Origin: an uncultured Pseudomonadales bacterium
GTDB lineage: Bacteria; Patescibacteriota; Microgenomatia; UBA1400; PJMF01
Assembly (NCBI GenBank): GCA_964406075.1
Contig: CAYOQI010000004.1
Span: 57,718 to 121,717 of the forward strand
Direction: 5' to 3'
Length of the DNA: 64,000 nucleotides
Each line of letters opens with the position of its first letter. Within the stretch, counting starts at the first letter, position 1. The notes under the pieces are model-generated. The model was not told where the DNA came from, did not search any database, and saw only the letters and a program-made list of their open reading frames with translations. Position numbers and translations under genes: made by a program. Below, one piece after another: positions 29,790-42,700 of the stretch.

Positions 29790-30668
29790 TTATCCGACAT
29801 TCATTAAGATACCAGATAATGAGTCTAACTGTTTGCGGTCCGACTGACGATGAGATGCCGCATGACGAGCTAAAATATAGCCAGTCCGTTGGTCTTTGAT
29901 CCGATCCATGGCTTGATCCATTGCCAGGATACGCGAGGCAAATTTTGCCAACTGTGACTCACGAACACTTTGCTCAAAAAGAGACGCAAATATTTCTTTT
30001 TCAAAGAATTGTAAAATTTTCTCTAAATTCGGTTCAAACAGGTACTGTCGTTTTGATTTAATTTCTTGAGGTTTTGAAAAGTCTAACTCAGCAGCTAAGG
30101 TAAAGACCACCGGCTTTTGCACTAAGACATTTTCAAACTGGCCAAAGAAAAGTTGGATCTGACTATATTGGACGATATGTTGCATGATCTTGAGAATAGC
30201 GTCTTGATTCAAACCATAGTCCGGCAATTCAAAAAAAGTGTATGGCTGATCAGGAGCATAAAATTCAAATAAAGCGGTTCCCTGTCTGCCAATAATTGTA
30301 ATCTCACTGTTTTTCTTTTTTGCTTCTTCTAGAAATACACGGAAGGTACGATGTACAATATCTCCATACAATCCTGAATTCGATGACAGTAAAACTGCAA
30401 CTGACTTTCCATTATGTGAAAGCAAGGTCAGCCCTTTATTGGTTCGCCGAGAACTCTGTTTCAGCAACTTGGTTATTTCTTTGGCATAGTTGGCTCGGAC
30501 CTCTTCAAAAACGTCTTGAATTGCACTTAAAAATTCTCGAGCTGATAAGACTGACGTGCGAGTCGACTTCATTCGAATCGATGCAATTTCTCCATAGGTC
30601 TGAACAACGCTCTGAAGCACATCTAGCTCGGTTAAAATTCCAGTAATTTTTTTCTTGTCCATTATCAT
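29790..30668 (-). CDS. atpG: F-type ATP synthase gamma subunit.
   Basis: 292 aa, positioned between atpA and atpD. The N- and C-terminal helices show loose similarity to gamma. Confidence 0.7.
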   Translation of the reverse strand: MIMDKKKITGILTELDVLQSVVQTYGEIASIRMKSTRTSVLSAREFLSAIQDVFEEVRANYAKEITKLLKQSSRRTNKGLTLLSHNGKSVAVLLSSNSGLYGDIVHRTFRVFLEEAKKKNSEITIIGRQGTALFEFYAPDQPYTFFELPDYGLNQDAILKIMQHIVQYSQIQLFFGQFENVLVQKPVVFTLAAELDFSKPQEIKSKRQYLFEPNLEKILQFFEKEIFASLFEQSVRESQLAKFASRILAMDQAMDRIKDQRTGYILARHAASHRQSDRKQLDSLSGILMNVG

Positions 30669-32113
30669 GCTTGTACGGAGCCTTTCATTTTTTCAACTAG
30701 CTCAGCAAAACTCTGAGCTGTACTCAAGAGTTGATCAACTTGGGATCGGAAATTGGCATCCTGATCATATTGTTTTCGATAGTTCATGATCTCACTCTTC
30801 ACAGTTTGTGGATCTTGATCTTTCCATTGCCCATTCCAGAGTAAGCCTAATACATACACACTAATCGAGACAGATACGATTTCGTCAGGGCTTTGATCGA
30901 GTAAAACAAAAATTCTTTCTCCTAGGTTCAATTGATCTCGAACACTTTGGCTGACTTCAGAACCAAAGTGACTGTACTGCTTAATTTTTTCATAATTCAC
31001 CAGATAACTCGTGAGTTGCCTGGAGACATCTTTAATCAAAGGAAGCTGCACTCCTCTTCCCACACGAGTAACTGATAAAAAGGGATTCACCGCAGGGCGT
31101 CGCCCTTGATCAAAAAGTTCTGTGTCAAAAAATATATGCCCGTCAGTCATCGACATGATATTGGTCGTAATATACGCCGAGAGGTCACCGAGGATGGACT
31201 GAACCACCGGAAAACAAGTGATCGGGACATTTCCTTTCTTTGTGACAAAATTACCGCCGCGTTCCATCAAGCGTGAATGCGTATAAAAAATATCACTTGG
31301 ATACGCGCTTCTTCCTGGGAAACGTCGAGCCAACAAAGTAATTTGTCGATAAAACTGCGCATGAGTTGTCAGATCATCAAAAACAACAATCGTTTCTTTT
31401 CCTTGATCTCGAAAGTACTCAGCAATGGTCATGGCAACATATGGATTGAGAAAGATAAGTCCAGCAGGATCTGATGCTCCAGTAGCGACAATCACCGTAT
31501 TCTGAGTCACACCTTGTTTCTCAAAAAATTCTTGAAGCTGCTGAATTTCTAACTGTTTCTTTCCGATCAGTGCGAAGATACAGATGACTCCTTGACGGGC
31601 TTGACGCAGTACAGTCTGGAGAAGAAAAAGGGTTTTCCCTGTTTTACGATCACCAATAATGAGCTGACGTTGGCCTTTTGCCAGAGGAACAATCAAGTCC
31701 ACTGAAGTCACACCACTCTCGAGTGGGTCTACTATGGGAGCTCGAGCAAAAATACCTGGAGGTTTCGTATCAATCTGTCTGTATTCAACCTCCCCTAAAA
31801 TGGGTTCTGACAATGGATGTCTTCCTAATGGATCGATTCTTTTTCCTAAGATCCCAGGTCCAACTCCAATCGTGAGTCGCTCTCCGGTTCGGGCTACTCG
31901 AGTACCAATTTCCAAAACGTTTCTATCAAACAGAAGAATTTCTACACCAGATTCAAGTAAACCGATGACTTGACCTTTTTCGCCAGATTCAAAAAATACT
32001 AATTCGAACAAACGTACACCTGGAAGTCCGTTCACAACAACGAGACTCTGTTTGAGCTCTTGAACAGTTCCGACTTCTTGAGTGGAGGTAAGGTATTCTT
32101 GAAAAGATTTCAT
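30665..32113 (-). CDS. atpA: F-type ATP synthase alpha subunit.
   Basis: GDRKTGKT P-loop in a 482-aa protein, at the canonical operon position. Confidence 0.95.
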   Translation of the reverse strand: MKSFQEYLTSTQEVGTVQELKQSLVVVNGLPGVRLFELVFFESGEKGQVIGLLESGVEILLFDRNVLEIGTRVARTGERLTIGVGPGILGKRIDPLGRHPLSEPILGEVEYRQIDTKPPGIFARAPIVDPLESGVTSVDLIVPLAKGQRQLIIGDRKTGKTLFLLQTVLRQARQGVICIFALIGKKQLEIQQLQEFFEKQGVTQNTVIVATGASDPAGLIFLNPYVAMTIAEYFRDQGKETIVVFDDLTTHAQFYRQITLLARRFPGRSAYPSDIFYTHSRLMERGGNFVTKKGNVPITCFPVVQSILGDLSAYITTNIMSMTDGHIFFDTELFDQGRRPAVNPFLSVTRVGRGVQLPLIKDVSRQLTSYLVNYEKIKQYSHFGSEVSQSVRDQLNLGERIFVLLDQSPDEIVSVSISVYVLGLLWNGQWKDQDPQTVKSEIMNYRKQYDQDANFRSQVDQLLSTAQSFAELVEKMKGSVQA

Positions 32114-32128
32114 GGGCAGTCTGTTTTC

Positions 32129-32605
32129 CTATGGTGCAAATAACACTTGACGAATTTTGTCTGAATTATGTAAAAAATACTCTTGGACTTTTCGATGTAA
32201 TGAGTAATCAAAAAACTTTCCGTTGAGAGTAAAGTGAACTCCTCCCATGAGCTGAGGCACCGATTTCAAACTCAGTATCGCATTACCGGACTCGGGGCTT
32301 TGTCTGATAAGCCGAATGATCTCCGCAATAAAATTCGGCTTTACTGGGAACGCCAGTGAGAGTTCTATGACTGGTAAGTTCTGAACTTCTTTTTTCCAGA
32401 CCTGCCAGTCCTGAGGTGTCAGAGTATTTTTTTCTAAAAATTCAGTCCAAATCTGTAGACTCTGTGGACGAACCGTATTATTCAAAGTTTCTTTTTTCTT
32501 GTCAGGATCAGTAAAAAAAGCAATCTGGGATAATAACGACATCTCTTCCAACAAAGCGTTTCTATCTTCAAGGGTGAGTAGTATTGGTTGAAACTCAGAG
32601 TACAT
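32129..32605 (-). CDS. atpH: F-type ATP synthase delta (OSCP) subunit.
   Basis: 158 aa between atpF and atpA. The C-terminal LMGGVHFTLNGKFFDYSLHRKV resembles the delta GG-x-I-D-GS-R motif. Confidence 0.65.
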   Translation of the reverse strand: MYSEFQPILLTLEDRNALLEEMSLLSQIAFFTDPDKKKETLNNTVRPQSLQIWTEFLEKNTLTPQDWQVWKKEVQNLPVIELSLAFPVKPNFIAEIIRLIRQSPESGNAILSLKSVPQLMGGVHFTLNGKFFDYSLHRKVQEYFLHNSDKIRQVLFAP

Positions 32606-33203
32606 GATCTTGTTTGGCTTTTTGTAATGCTTCTAAAATAAGTTGCTCGTGTTGTTCTTGACTAAGTAATTTTCCGGAAACGTCTTCAAGCACTGATTGG
32701 ACTATTTTGAAAATATGTTCTTCTAGTTTGGAATTTAACTCAGTTTTTCTCTCCTGAATATATTTTTCCAACTCGGCCTGCACTGATTCAGTTTTCTTCT
32801 CTAAAACTTGTTCATTCTTTTTTGTTTCTTCAAGCAGCTTCGTACTAAAACTATGTAATTGCTTGACGGATTCGGACGTAATCTTTTTTTGAATCTGATC
32901 CATGGTTTTTTGATACTCTTCAGCTTCTTTTTGTTCTGCTTCTACTAATGCTTCTCGAACATGTTGCTTCATATCAGAAGAAATGAATTCGGAATCTTCA
33001 ATGATCTTTAACGCATGACGATGCGCTTTCTTGATCATGGCTTCTGAATGAAGAAGCACTCTCTCCCACAGCTTGTCATACTCAGTTTCTAACTCAGTGA
33101 AAGATCGCCGTTGGCGAAGATACACCATGATCATTGCGACAGTGGTGACAATGCCAATGCTGGCACTTGAGGCTAGTAGGAAGAAAAGAAAAAAGTCATT
33201 CAT
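32595..33203 (-). CDS. atpF: F-type ATP synthase b subunit.
   Basis: A single N-terminal TM helix followed by a long charged coiled coil rich in E and K. It directly precedes atpH. Confidence 0.7.
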   Translation of the reverse strand: MNDFFLFFLLASSASIGIVTTVAMIMVYLRQRRSFTELETEYDKLWERVLLHSEAMIKKAHRHALKIIEDSEFISSDMKQHVREALVEAEQKEAEEYQKTMDQIQKKITSESVKQLHSFSTKLLEETKKNEQVLEKKTESVQAELEKYIQERKTELNSKLEEHIFKIVQSVLEDVSGKLLSQEQHEQLILEALQKAKQDHVL

Positions 33204-33204
33204 A

Positions 33205-34890
33205 TTATTTTTGTTCCAATAAATTATTTCCGGTCATCTCTTTGGGTACAGGTAAATTCATCATGCCTAACATCGTTGGAGCGACATCACTTAATGCCCC
33301 TGGTCGTAGCTGAATTGCTGGATTATTTTTAAATGCTGGATTCATGATAACAAATGGAACGGGGTTATTTGAATGCTCTGTATTTACCGTCCCTGGACTA
33401 CTGGTAAAAAAGAAGCTCGATTGATCATAAGTCAGCAATTCTTCTACATTTCCATGATCTGCTGTGATACACAAAGTACCTTGTCTTTCGATTAATACAT
33501 CGACAATTTCTCCCACCGCTCGATCTACAATTTCACACGCTTTGATCGAGGCTGATAAATTTCCACTGTGCGCAACCATGTCCGGATTCGCAAAATTCAT
33601 GACGATAAAATGATACACATCTTTCTCTAAAGCCAGATGAAATTCTCGCATGATCTCAGACAGAGACATTTCAGGTTTACGATCATATGTCCCTACTTTG
33701 GAAGAAGGCACAATCATAATGTCTTCACCTGAAAATGGCTCAAGTCGCATGCCATCAAAATAATACGTCACCATTTTCTCCTTCTCACTTTCCGCTAGGT
33801 GAAATTGACGAAGGTTTTGTTGAGCCAATACCTCTGAAAGTGTATGCTCAACATCAATTTTGGGATATGCGACTGCGGACACAGGTAAATTATGCTGATA
33901 CTCAGTCATGGTCACAAAACATAAGTTTTTTAAAATAACTGGTCTCTCAAAGGTGCTCACTCTTTTTTGTTCTGTTGAATTCTTAGAGCTCTCGACCAAG
34001 ATTCCCTGTTCAAAATCTGGAAGCACAAATACTTGACTCAACTGCCTGGCACGATCTACACGAAAGTTAAAATAAATCATCGCATCGCCATCTTTGATAA
34101 AGACTGGAGGTTTTCCTGGTTGATTGATAAGAGTTGGGATGACAAATTCATCAGTTAAATTTTGCTCATATGAACTTTTTATAGCCTCAGAAGCACTCGT
34201 TGCCGTTGCTCCTTCTCCAAGCGTCATGACTCGATATACTTTTTCAGTCCTTTCCCATCTGGCATCTCTGTCCATAGCGTAGTAACGACCAGCTACTGAA
34301 ACAATTTGACCAAGTTGAAGCTCAACGAGTCGTTTCTCAATGGTTTCCATCACCCCTGCCCCATCCTGAGGAGGAGCATCTCTTCCATCGGTGAATAAGT
34401 GTAAATACACTCGAGTGAAGGATTGGCGTTTACACAATTCCAACAACGCAAATAAATGTTCGGTCGAAGAATGAACATTCCCTGAGCCAATTAATCCACA
34501 CACATGCAGATTGGTATTATTCTCTCTAGCATAACTAATTGCTTTGAGTAGTGCTCGGTTTGAATAAAAATCTCCAGTTTCAATTGCTTTATTTATTCGT
34601 GGCAAACTTTCCAACACAGTCCTTCCAACCCCCATCGTGAGGTGACCTACCTCAGAATTCCCTACTTCATTGGCTGGCAAACCGACAGATTCACCGGAAG
34701 CAATCAGCTTGGTATTTGGATACTCTGAAATGAGCTGATCCCATCTTGGTAACCGAGCCTGAGACATTGCATTTCCCGCTGAAGGCGGAGCGATTCCCCA
34801 CCCATCCAGCACCAATAAAACCATTGGCCGTATGTTGTACGTCTTGGGAGTAGAAGAAGCGTTGAATAAAGTATCAAGCCAGGAAGACAT
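33205..34890 (-). CDS. gpmI: 2,3-bisphosphoglycerate-independent phosphoglycerate mutase.
   Basis: N-terminal VLLVLDGWGIAP, an alkaline-phosphatase-like metalloenzyme core, and a length of 561 aa. Confidence 0.9.
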   Translation of the reverse strand: MSSWLDTLFNASSTPKTYNIRPMVLLVLDGWGIAPPSAGNAMSQARLPRWDQLISEYPNTKLIASGESVGLPANEVGNSEVGHLTMGVGRTVLESLPRINKAIETGDFYSNRALLKAISYARENNTNLHVCGLIGSGNVHSSTEHLFALLELCKRQSFTRVYLHLFTDGRDAPPQDGAGVMETIEKRLVELQLGQIVSVAGRYYAMDRDARWERTEKVYRVMTLGEGATATSASEAIKSSYEQNLTDEFVIPTLINQPGKPPVFIKDGDAMIYFNFRVDRARQLSQVFVLPDFEQGILVESSKNSTEQKRVSTFERPVILKNLCFVTMTEYQHNLPVSAVAYPKIDVEHTLSEVLAQQNLRQFHLAESEKEKMVTYYFDGMRLEPFSGEDIMIVPSSKVGTYDRKPEMSLSEIMREFHLALEKDVYHFIVMNFANPDMVAHSGNLSASIKACEIVDRAVGEIVDVLIERQGTLCITADHGNVEELLTYDQSSFFFTSSPGTVNTEHSNNPVPFVIMNPAFKNNPAIQLRPGALSDVAPTMLGMMNLPVPKEMTGNNLLEQK

Positions 34891-34902
34891 AGAAATAAAA
34901 AT

Positions 34903-35838
<936 letters not shown>

Positions 35839-36771
35839 TTATTAAGAATTTTCTCAATAAATGTCCAACCTTTGAACGATGTGTCTAAGTTTAAAATTTA
35901 AGAAATCATTAATTATTTCATTCACATTTTAAACTTTCTCAATGCAAATATTTTTAATATCACAAGGATTTTAAAATCAGCCTTTCTGTTATCATCCGTC
36001 ATTTTTTTGAATCACTTTTACGATGATCCTATATCATTCAGTGCTCAATGAGACGATAACAATTCTTATTGATTCCAATTTAGGCTTCAAATAACTACGA
36101 CTGAGTCCAACACTCTTCTTTTTTAATTTTCTCAAACAGAAAAGGAAATGAGTTTAAAATTACTTCATTTATATTTTTATATAAAAACAAAATTCTTTTT
36201 GAAAACAAGTTGATTGATTTTCATATATTCAAAAAATAATGATTGAGTTTGGTTTAGCAACTTCATCATTTGCTTCCACTCTTAGGTGATTTCTTTATCA
36301 CATAACACAAACGCATGCGTTAATAAACTATATTTGCATTGATAAATATTTTTTCTATCTTAGATTATATTTTTAACGATTACTGTTCTTGCGATATTAA
36401 TTGTTGCGTCTTCGGCTGAAATAATCTTGTGCTATTTTCAAAGAGTCTTCATTCCGCATTCATCACATAAACACCCACTGAAAGATTTTAACGATTTTAA
36501 AAAGACTTTGTATCAATTGATCAAGCAACTTGAGCGAAAATAATTTACAGAATCAAATGAGAGAAAATATTACCAGCAGGCTAAATATGTGAATAAAAAT
36601 GTGTTCGTTGTGAACTTTTATTTGTATTTTATTCGGTAATAATTAAACATGATTATTACGAAACACAGTACACCTCTTGACACCATCAGGTAAAAAATGC
36701 CTTAATGAAGTTGGACAAAAAATGTGACAATTGCTCTTAAAATGTCCCACATTTCGTAAGAACGTAAAAAA

Positions 36772-39700
36772 ATGATTCCCAGTGATCTGCCCCCACTAGT
36801 CTCCATTCATGAAGCTGCAAAGTTTCTTAAAGTTTCGACAAAAACTTTACGTCGTTGGGAAGATCGACACATTTTGTTACCAGCTCGAACTTCTGGCGGA
36901 CACCGAAGATATGATCTCAACGAGATCAAGGCCTTCAAAAAACAAAAGTATTCCAGTGGCTCAGTCGTTCATCAAACAGTACTCCCACTTGCAACAGTTA
37001 AACCACTTGAATCAAAAGTGGTTGACCAAACAGATATTCTTCAAGTTTCCAAACCACTCATCATCAAACCCATTGATCATTTTCCGTTAAAAACACCGAA
37101 AGTAACTGCATACAAGCCATTCCCAGAGACAATTACGAAAGTAAAAAAAACATTTGAGTTTCCTTCATTCCAAGTTAGAAACAACATTCCTCCTCAGGTC
37201 GAAATTCCCACAGAGAAAATAACGGATTTCCCTATTCCAACCACTCCACCTTCTTGGGTGTCTGTCTCAATCGTGTTGGCTTTTTTCTTTATTTCAGCTG
37301 CAGCATTCAGTATTCAAGGTTTCTTCAAGCCTCTAGTTGCAAAACATCCAGTCCTAAGTGAAATTGCGTATTCCCTCGAAAAGAGATTGGCAATAAATGT
37401 TTTTCCTAAAAAAGAAGTGATGATTGTTCAGGCTAACGATAGCAAAGTCTTGGGAGAACACTCCAGCTTAGATTTTTTAAAATTTAATATTAATGTCGAG
37501 TCTTCTTTTCGCGAGTTTGCGAACTTCCTCTCAGATGTCAATGTCGAAGGAAATGCCACGGTCAGTGGAATTTTAAGTGTGAACTCCGGCTCACTTCAAA
37601 CAACTTCTGAAACAGCTCAAGTTTTTGAAAACGCTTCTACTCTCTCAATTGCTGCGAACACTGGCACCACAACAGTGAACAACTCACTAAACGTGGGTGG
37701 AAATTTAACAGTAATTGGTTTGATAAATGATATTGCCGGTACTCTCAATCTTTCCGGTAATACTTTGACTTCAACTGGTGATCTAGTTATTGATCCTGGC
37801 GGAGGTGGTGTTTCGATTGGAGATGCCACTCCAGGAATTATAGATATGACAGATGGAGATTTTTTTGTTTCAGGCGATGTAGAAATTGACGGCATTTTAT
37901 ACGCACCAACTGCAAATATATCAGGCACTGCGAGTATCGGCACTGTCTTGGTGAATTCCGACAGTATCAATGACTTTACTGGAACAGGCTTGACTGTCTC
38001 TGATGGAGCTCTTCAAACCACAATTGGCACATCGGTTTCTTCCTCTGAAATTGAGAATGACACAATTTTGGAAGAAGATCTTAAAGTCTCAAATGATGCG
38101 GTAAATGGTTATGCTCTTACCTATGATAATTCGACCGGCGGATTCACTTGGACAGATATTGCATCCAGTCAAGTTTGGATCGATGGTGGCTCAGTCTACT
38201 ATCAAGCCACGACCACCGATGATGTGGTGATTGGAGGTACTTCCAGCTTGGGTAAACTCTCGGTCGATGGGGATAGTGATGAAATCCAACTCGTAGTTCA
38301 AGGCAATGGGACGCAAACATCAAACATCTTCGTAGTTGAAGACTCCAGTGGGACAGATCTTTTTGTGGTGAACAATACTGGAAGCATCACCATTGCGTCT
38401 GGCCAAGATCTCACCATTGGGTCGATTGGATTGAATGATGTCGGAACAGATAATGTCACTTCTGGAGCATCACTTATCGGAGTGTTTGATGAATTCACTA
38501 ACTCCTCAGCTACGACACTACAAGATGTCCTCGATGATTTTGACGCTGCTATTGGTGGTGGAGCTTCAAAGTGGGCTCAAGATACTGGCTTTGTTTACCT
38601 AGCAAGTACGACTGACGACATCGTTGTCGGTGGTGACACAATAGCTAATGGTTCTTTGTATTTTGATGAATCTGCGGGAAGTCTGTATCTCGGAACTAAT
38701 GAGGCTTTGAACGGCTCACTTACTCTCTACTCTTCAGGAGCAGGGATAACTGACCCTACGATTACCGCAGATGCTACAGGAAATGCGAATATCACTACCT
38801 CTGCCACAGCCTTAGTAAATATATTAGCGGGTAATTTGAAAGTGGGTAATGGCGCGCCCACTCAGACCTTAAATGGTGAAGATGCCTATGTCGAAGGCAC
38901 GCTTGAAGTTGATGGGATACTCTACGCTGGTTCTGCCACTACAGCCTTAACCGTAGCAAGCGGACTGATCGATGCTGATGCAATTGCTTTAACTCCAACC
39001 ACTGAGGGATTAAGTGGTATCTCATCAGGCTCAGGTTTAGCGGTATACAGCGACACACTTTCTCTTCTCCAAGGTTGTGGTGATGGTCAAGTTTTGAAGT
39101 GGAACGAAACAAATGATTCATGGGAATGTGCAAATGATACCGGCGCTTCTTTTGCCGTGGTAAACATTGAGAACAATGATGTTGCAGTCGGGAGCAATGT
39201 CGATTCCATTGATTTCTCTACTGATTTCTTAGTCACTGCTTCCCCATCAAACGAAGCCAATGTTGCAATCGCCGATGACATTTTAAACTTCACAGAATTC
39301 TCTGATGCCCTTACCTTAGATGCCGCTACCACCATCACCAATTCTTTAGCCGGCAACTTGACAATCGACCTCACTTCAACCGGTGATTTCGTCATTGCAG
39401 ATGGTGGAGTTGCCTTCTTTACCTTTACTGATGGTGGTGCTTTAACTCAGGCTGGAAGCGGTCAAATAACCTTGACTGGAAACGTTGATGCTACAAATGG
39501 TCTTGATATAACAGGCGCTTCCCTAACGGTTGGTGGTGCAAATGCCACGATCACCACAGGTGGAGCGTTAACATTGGCATCAACAATTACAGCAGCGACC
39601 GACGAGACCATTAACGGCGTTGATATCAATGCCGGTACCGTTTCAGATGTTGTGAATTTAACTATTAATTCAGGTGGTGACTTAACCATTGGTTCAATCG

Positions 39701-42700
39701 GTTTGAATGATGTGGGTTCAGACAACATCACTTCCGGTGCTTCCTTAGTGGGAGTGTTTGATGAATTCACCAATTCAAGTGCAACAACTGTTCAAGACGT
39801 CTTAGATGATCTCGATGCAGCAATTGGTGCTGGTGCAAGTAAATGGACTGACTCTGGTACTGTTACCTACCTTACTGACACGACTGACAGTATTACGATT
39901 GGGAGTTCAACCGAACTTGGTAAACTTGCAGTCGATGGAGATGCTGATGAAGTTCAGTTATTAGTTCAAGGTAATGGAACCCAGACCAATGCCCTTGCAA
40001 TTTTTGAAGATTCAACAGGTGCTGACCAATTTAGCATTAGTAATACTGGAAACGTGACGTTAGCTGGAGATTTAACAATCAGTGGTGGAAATATTACCTC
40101 TGCAACTACCTTTGATTCCACCGCAACCGTAACAGGAACATTAACAGCAAATGGCACTTTAGATGCCAATGGGATCTTCACACTTGGTGACAATGGCGAA
40201 ACCGGTGCAATTGATACTTCTGATTGGGATATTTCTGCCACCGGTGTACTCACTGGAGTGAGTGGTATTACCACTGATGGTGGATACACTCAATCAGGCG
40301 CGACCGGAAATACATTTTCAGGCAATGTCGATGCAACTTCTGGCCTTGATGTCACAGGTGCTTCTCTGACTGTCGGTGGTGCAAATGCCACGATCACTAC
40401 AGGTGGAGCGTTAACTTTAGCCTCCACAATTACAGCCAACACAGATGAAACAGTGAACGGAGTTGATATTAATGCAGGGACTGTTTCTGATGTGGTGAAT
40501 TTAACAATCAATTCTGGTGGTGACTTAACTATCGGGTCAATCGGACTCAACGATATTGGTTCAGACAACATCACTTCCGGTGCTTCTTTAGTTGGAGTCT
40601 TCGATGAGTTTACTAATTCAGATGGTCTTAATGTACAAGATGTCCTTGATGACTTTGATGCTGCTATTGGTGCAGGTTCTAGTAAATGGACAGACTCTGG
40701 TACTGTTACCTACTTAACTTCTACTACTGATGACTTAGCCGTGGGAGGATCCACTGTCCTGGCTTCCATGTTTGGCATTGATGAATCGGCAGGAAATTTC
40801 TACTTTGGCTATGACAACTCAGTTTCCCCTACCTTCAACTTTGAAGCCTCTGATGGTGATGCTGGTGAATTTGGATTTAATACCAATGACACATTCTTCT
40901 TCTCCAATGCACGAGTGGGTGTCGGAACGACCAATCCTTCAAGGTTATTACATGTAAGTGATTCTTCAGGGTCGCCCGCCATTAGAGTTACTGGTTCAGC
41001 CAGTGGTTCACCGTTTATTGAGTTCGAACAGTCAGGAAATGTTAGAGGTGTTTTTGGTTATGATAATACAACTTCGACCTTGCAACTTGCATATGGAGCG
41101 AATTTTAGTACTACCTTCCTATCACTAAATAGTTCTGGTTCTATGGGTCTTGGAACCTCTGCACCTGACGCCGCATTAGAAATCAATCATGCTACGGGTG
41201 ATAGTTTACGACTTACATACAATGACTCAAATGGTTCCGCTACCAGCTACACAGACTTCTCTCTCGCCTCTGATGGAGATTTAACAATTGATAGTGCTGG
41301 TGGTGCCATAAACCTTGGTGCAAATGATGACCTCAATATCACTGCTTCTACTGACTTAATCTTTGGAGGATCAACCTCTCTTGGTGAATCTACAGGAGCG
41401 GCTGATTCAGGAGCTTTCTTAACTGGTATTTTTGATGAATTTGATAACTCTGCTTCCTCTACAGTACAAGATGTGATTGATGATATTGATGCAGCTATTG
41501 GAAATAGAACATACACTGCTGATAACTACGTGACTGATGGTCAAACTCTGACAGCTTCCATCAATGCCCTTGATATTGCACTTGCCTCTGTTTCAGGCGG
41601 TGCGTACACAGGATGGAGTATTGACGTGGATGATGACGGAGCTGATCCAATTGCAAGTGGAGCTACGCTGAATGTTGATGCTGGAAGTAATGTGTCATTG
41701 ACCTACACAGCTGGTACCAATACGCTTTTAATTGCTGCTACTGATACAAATACTACCTACACAGCTGGGAATGATCTTGATCTTACCGGAACGGTCTTCA
41801 GCCTAGAAACCACCCTCGATTTTGTCGACACAATTAATTTAGCTGGGACAGGAACTCTCAACGGTCTTGATGCCGTTGATGCTACTGGAGAAAATACTAT
41901 TGAGGCCCTGATCTTTGATACAGATGCTGAAAGTATTACCGGAGTCTGGACGGTAGCTGACTCGACCAACTTCAGAATTGGTACCGGTGGTGACTTAACC
42001 TTCGCTCATGATGGTTCAAACTCTACTATTACTAGTACGACGGGTGACTTACTTATCGACAATACAAATGCCACCGGTTCAACCATTTTTGACCTGGGCA
42101 CAGATACTTCAGCCACTGATTTCCTTATTAGGAATGATTCTGGCACTCAACTCTTAAGCTTGAACGGTGCCGGGGCACTTCAGCTTGGAAGCAATGGTCA
42201 AGATGGTCAGTTCATCCTCTACAACGAACTAGGTGTAACAGATTACACAAACACAATTAACCCAAGTGGTTCTCAGTCCCAAAACATCACCTATACCCTA
42301 CCTCCTGATGATGGTGGCGCTGATAATTACGTTCTCACCACGGATGGAAATGGCGTATTGCAATGGGAATCCGTCACTGGTGCCGGTGGAGGAAGTGGAG
42401 ATCTGACAGATATCATTGCTGGGAACTACATTGATGTTCAAAACGCTGGTGGTCCGAGTCCTACTGTAGACTTTGATCCAACCGAACTTGAAGGAGTGAC
42501 TTGGGGTGCCTCATCTGGCGCCAGTGAACCTTTTACCTGGACGTATGATGTGACGAACTCCGGAACTGATCCTTCCATCACTTTCGCGGACAATGCCATC
42601 ACTCTCACAGCAGCAACTCTTACAGCTAGTGGTGATTTAACAATTCAAGGTGGAGACGCAACGCTTGGAATGGCTGGAACCGATGGTTCGCTCACTTTTT

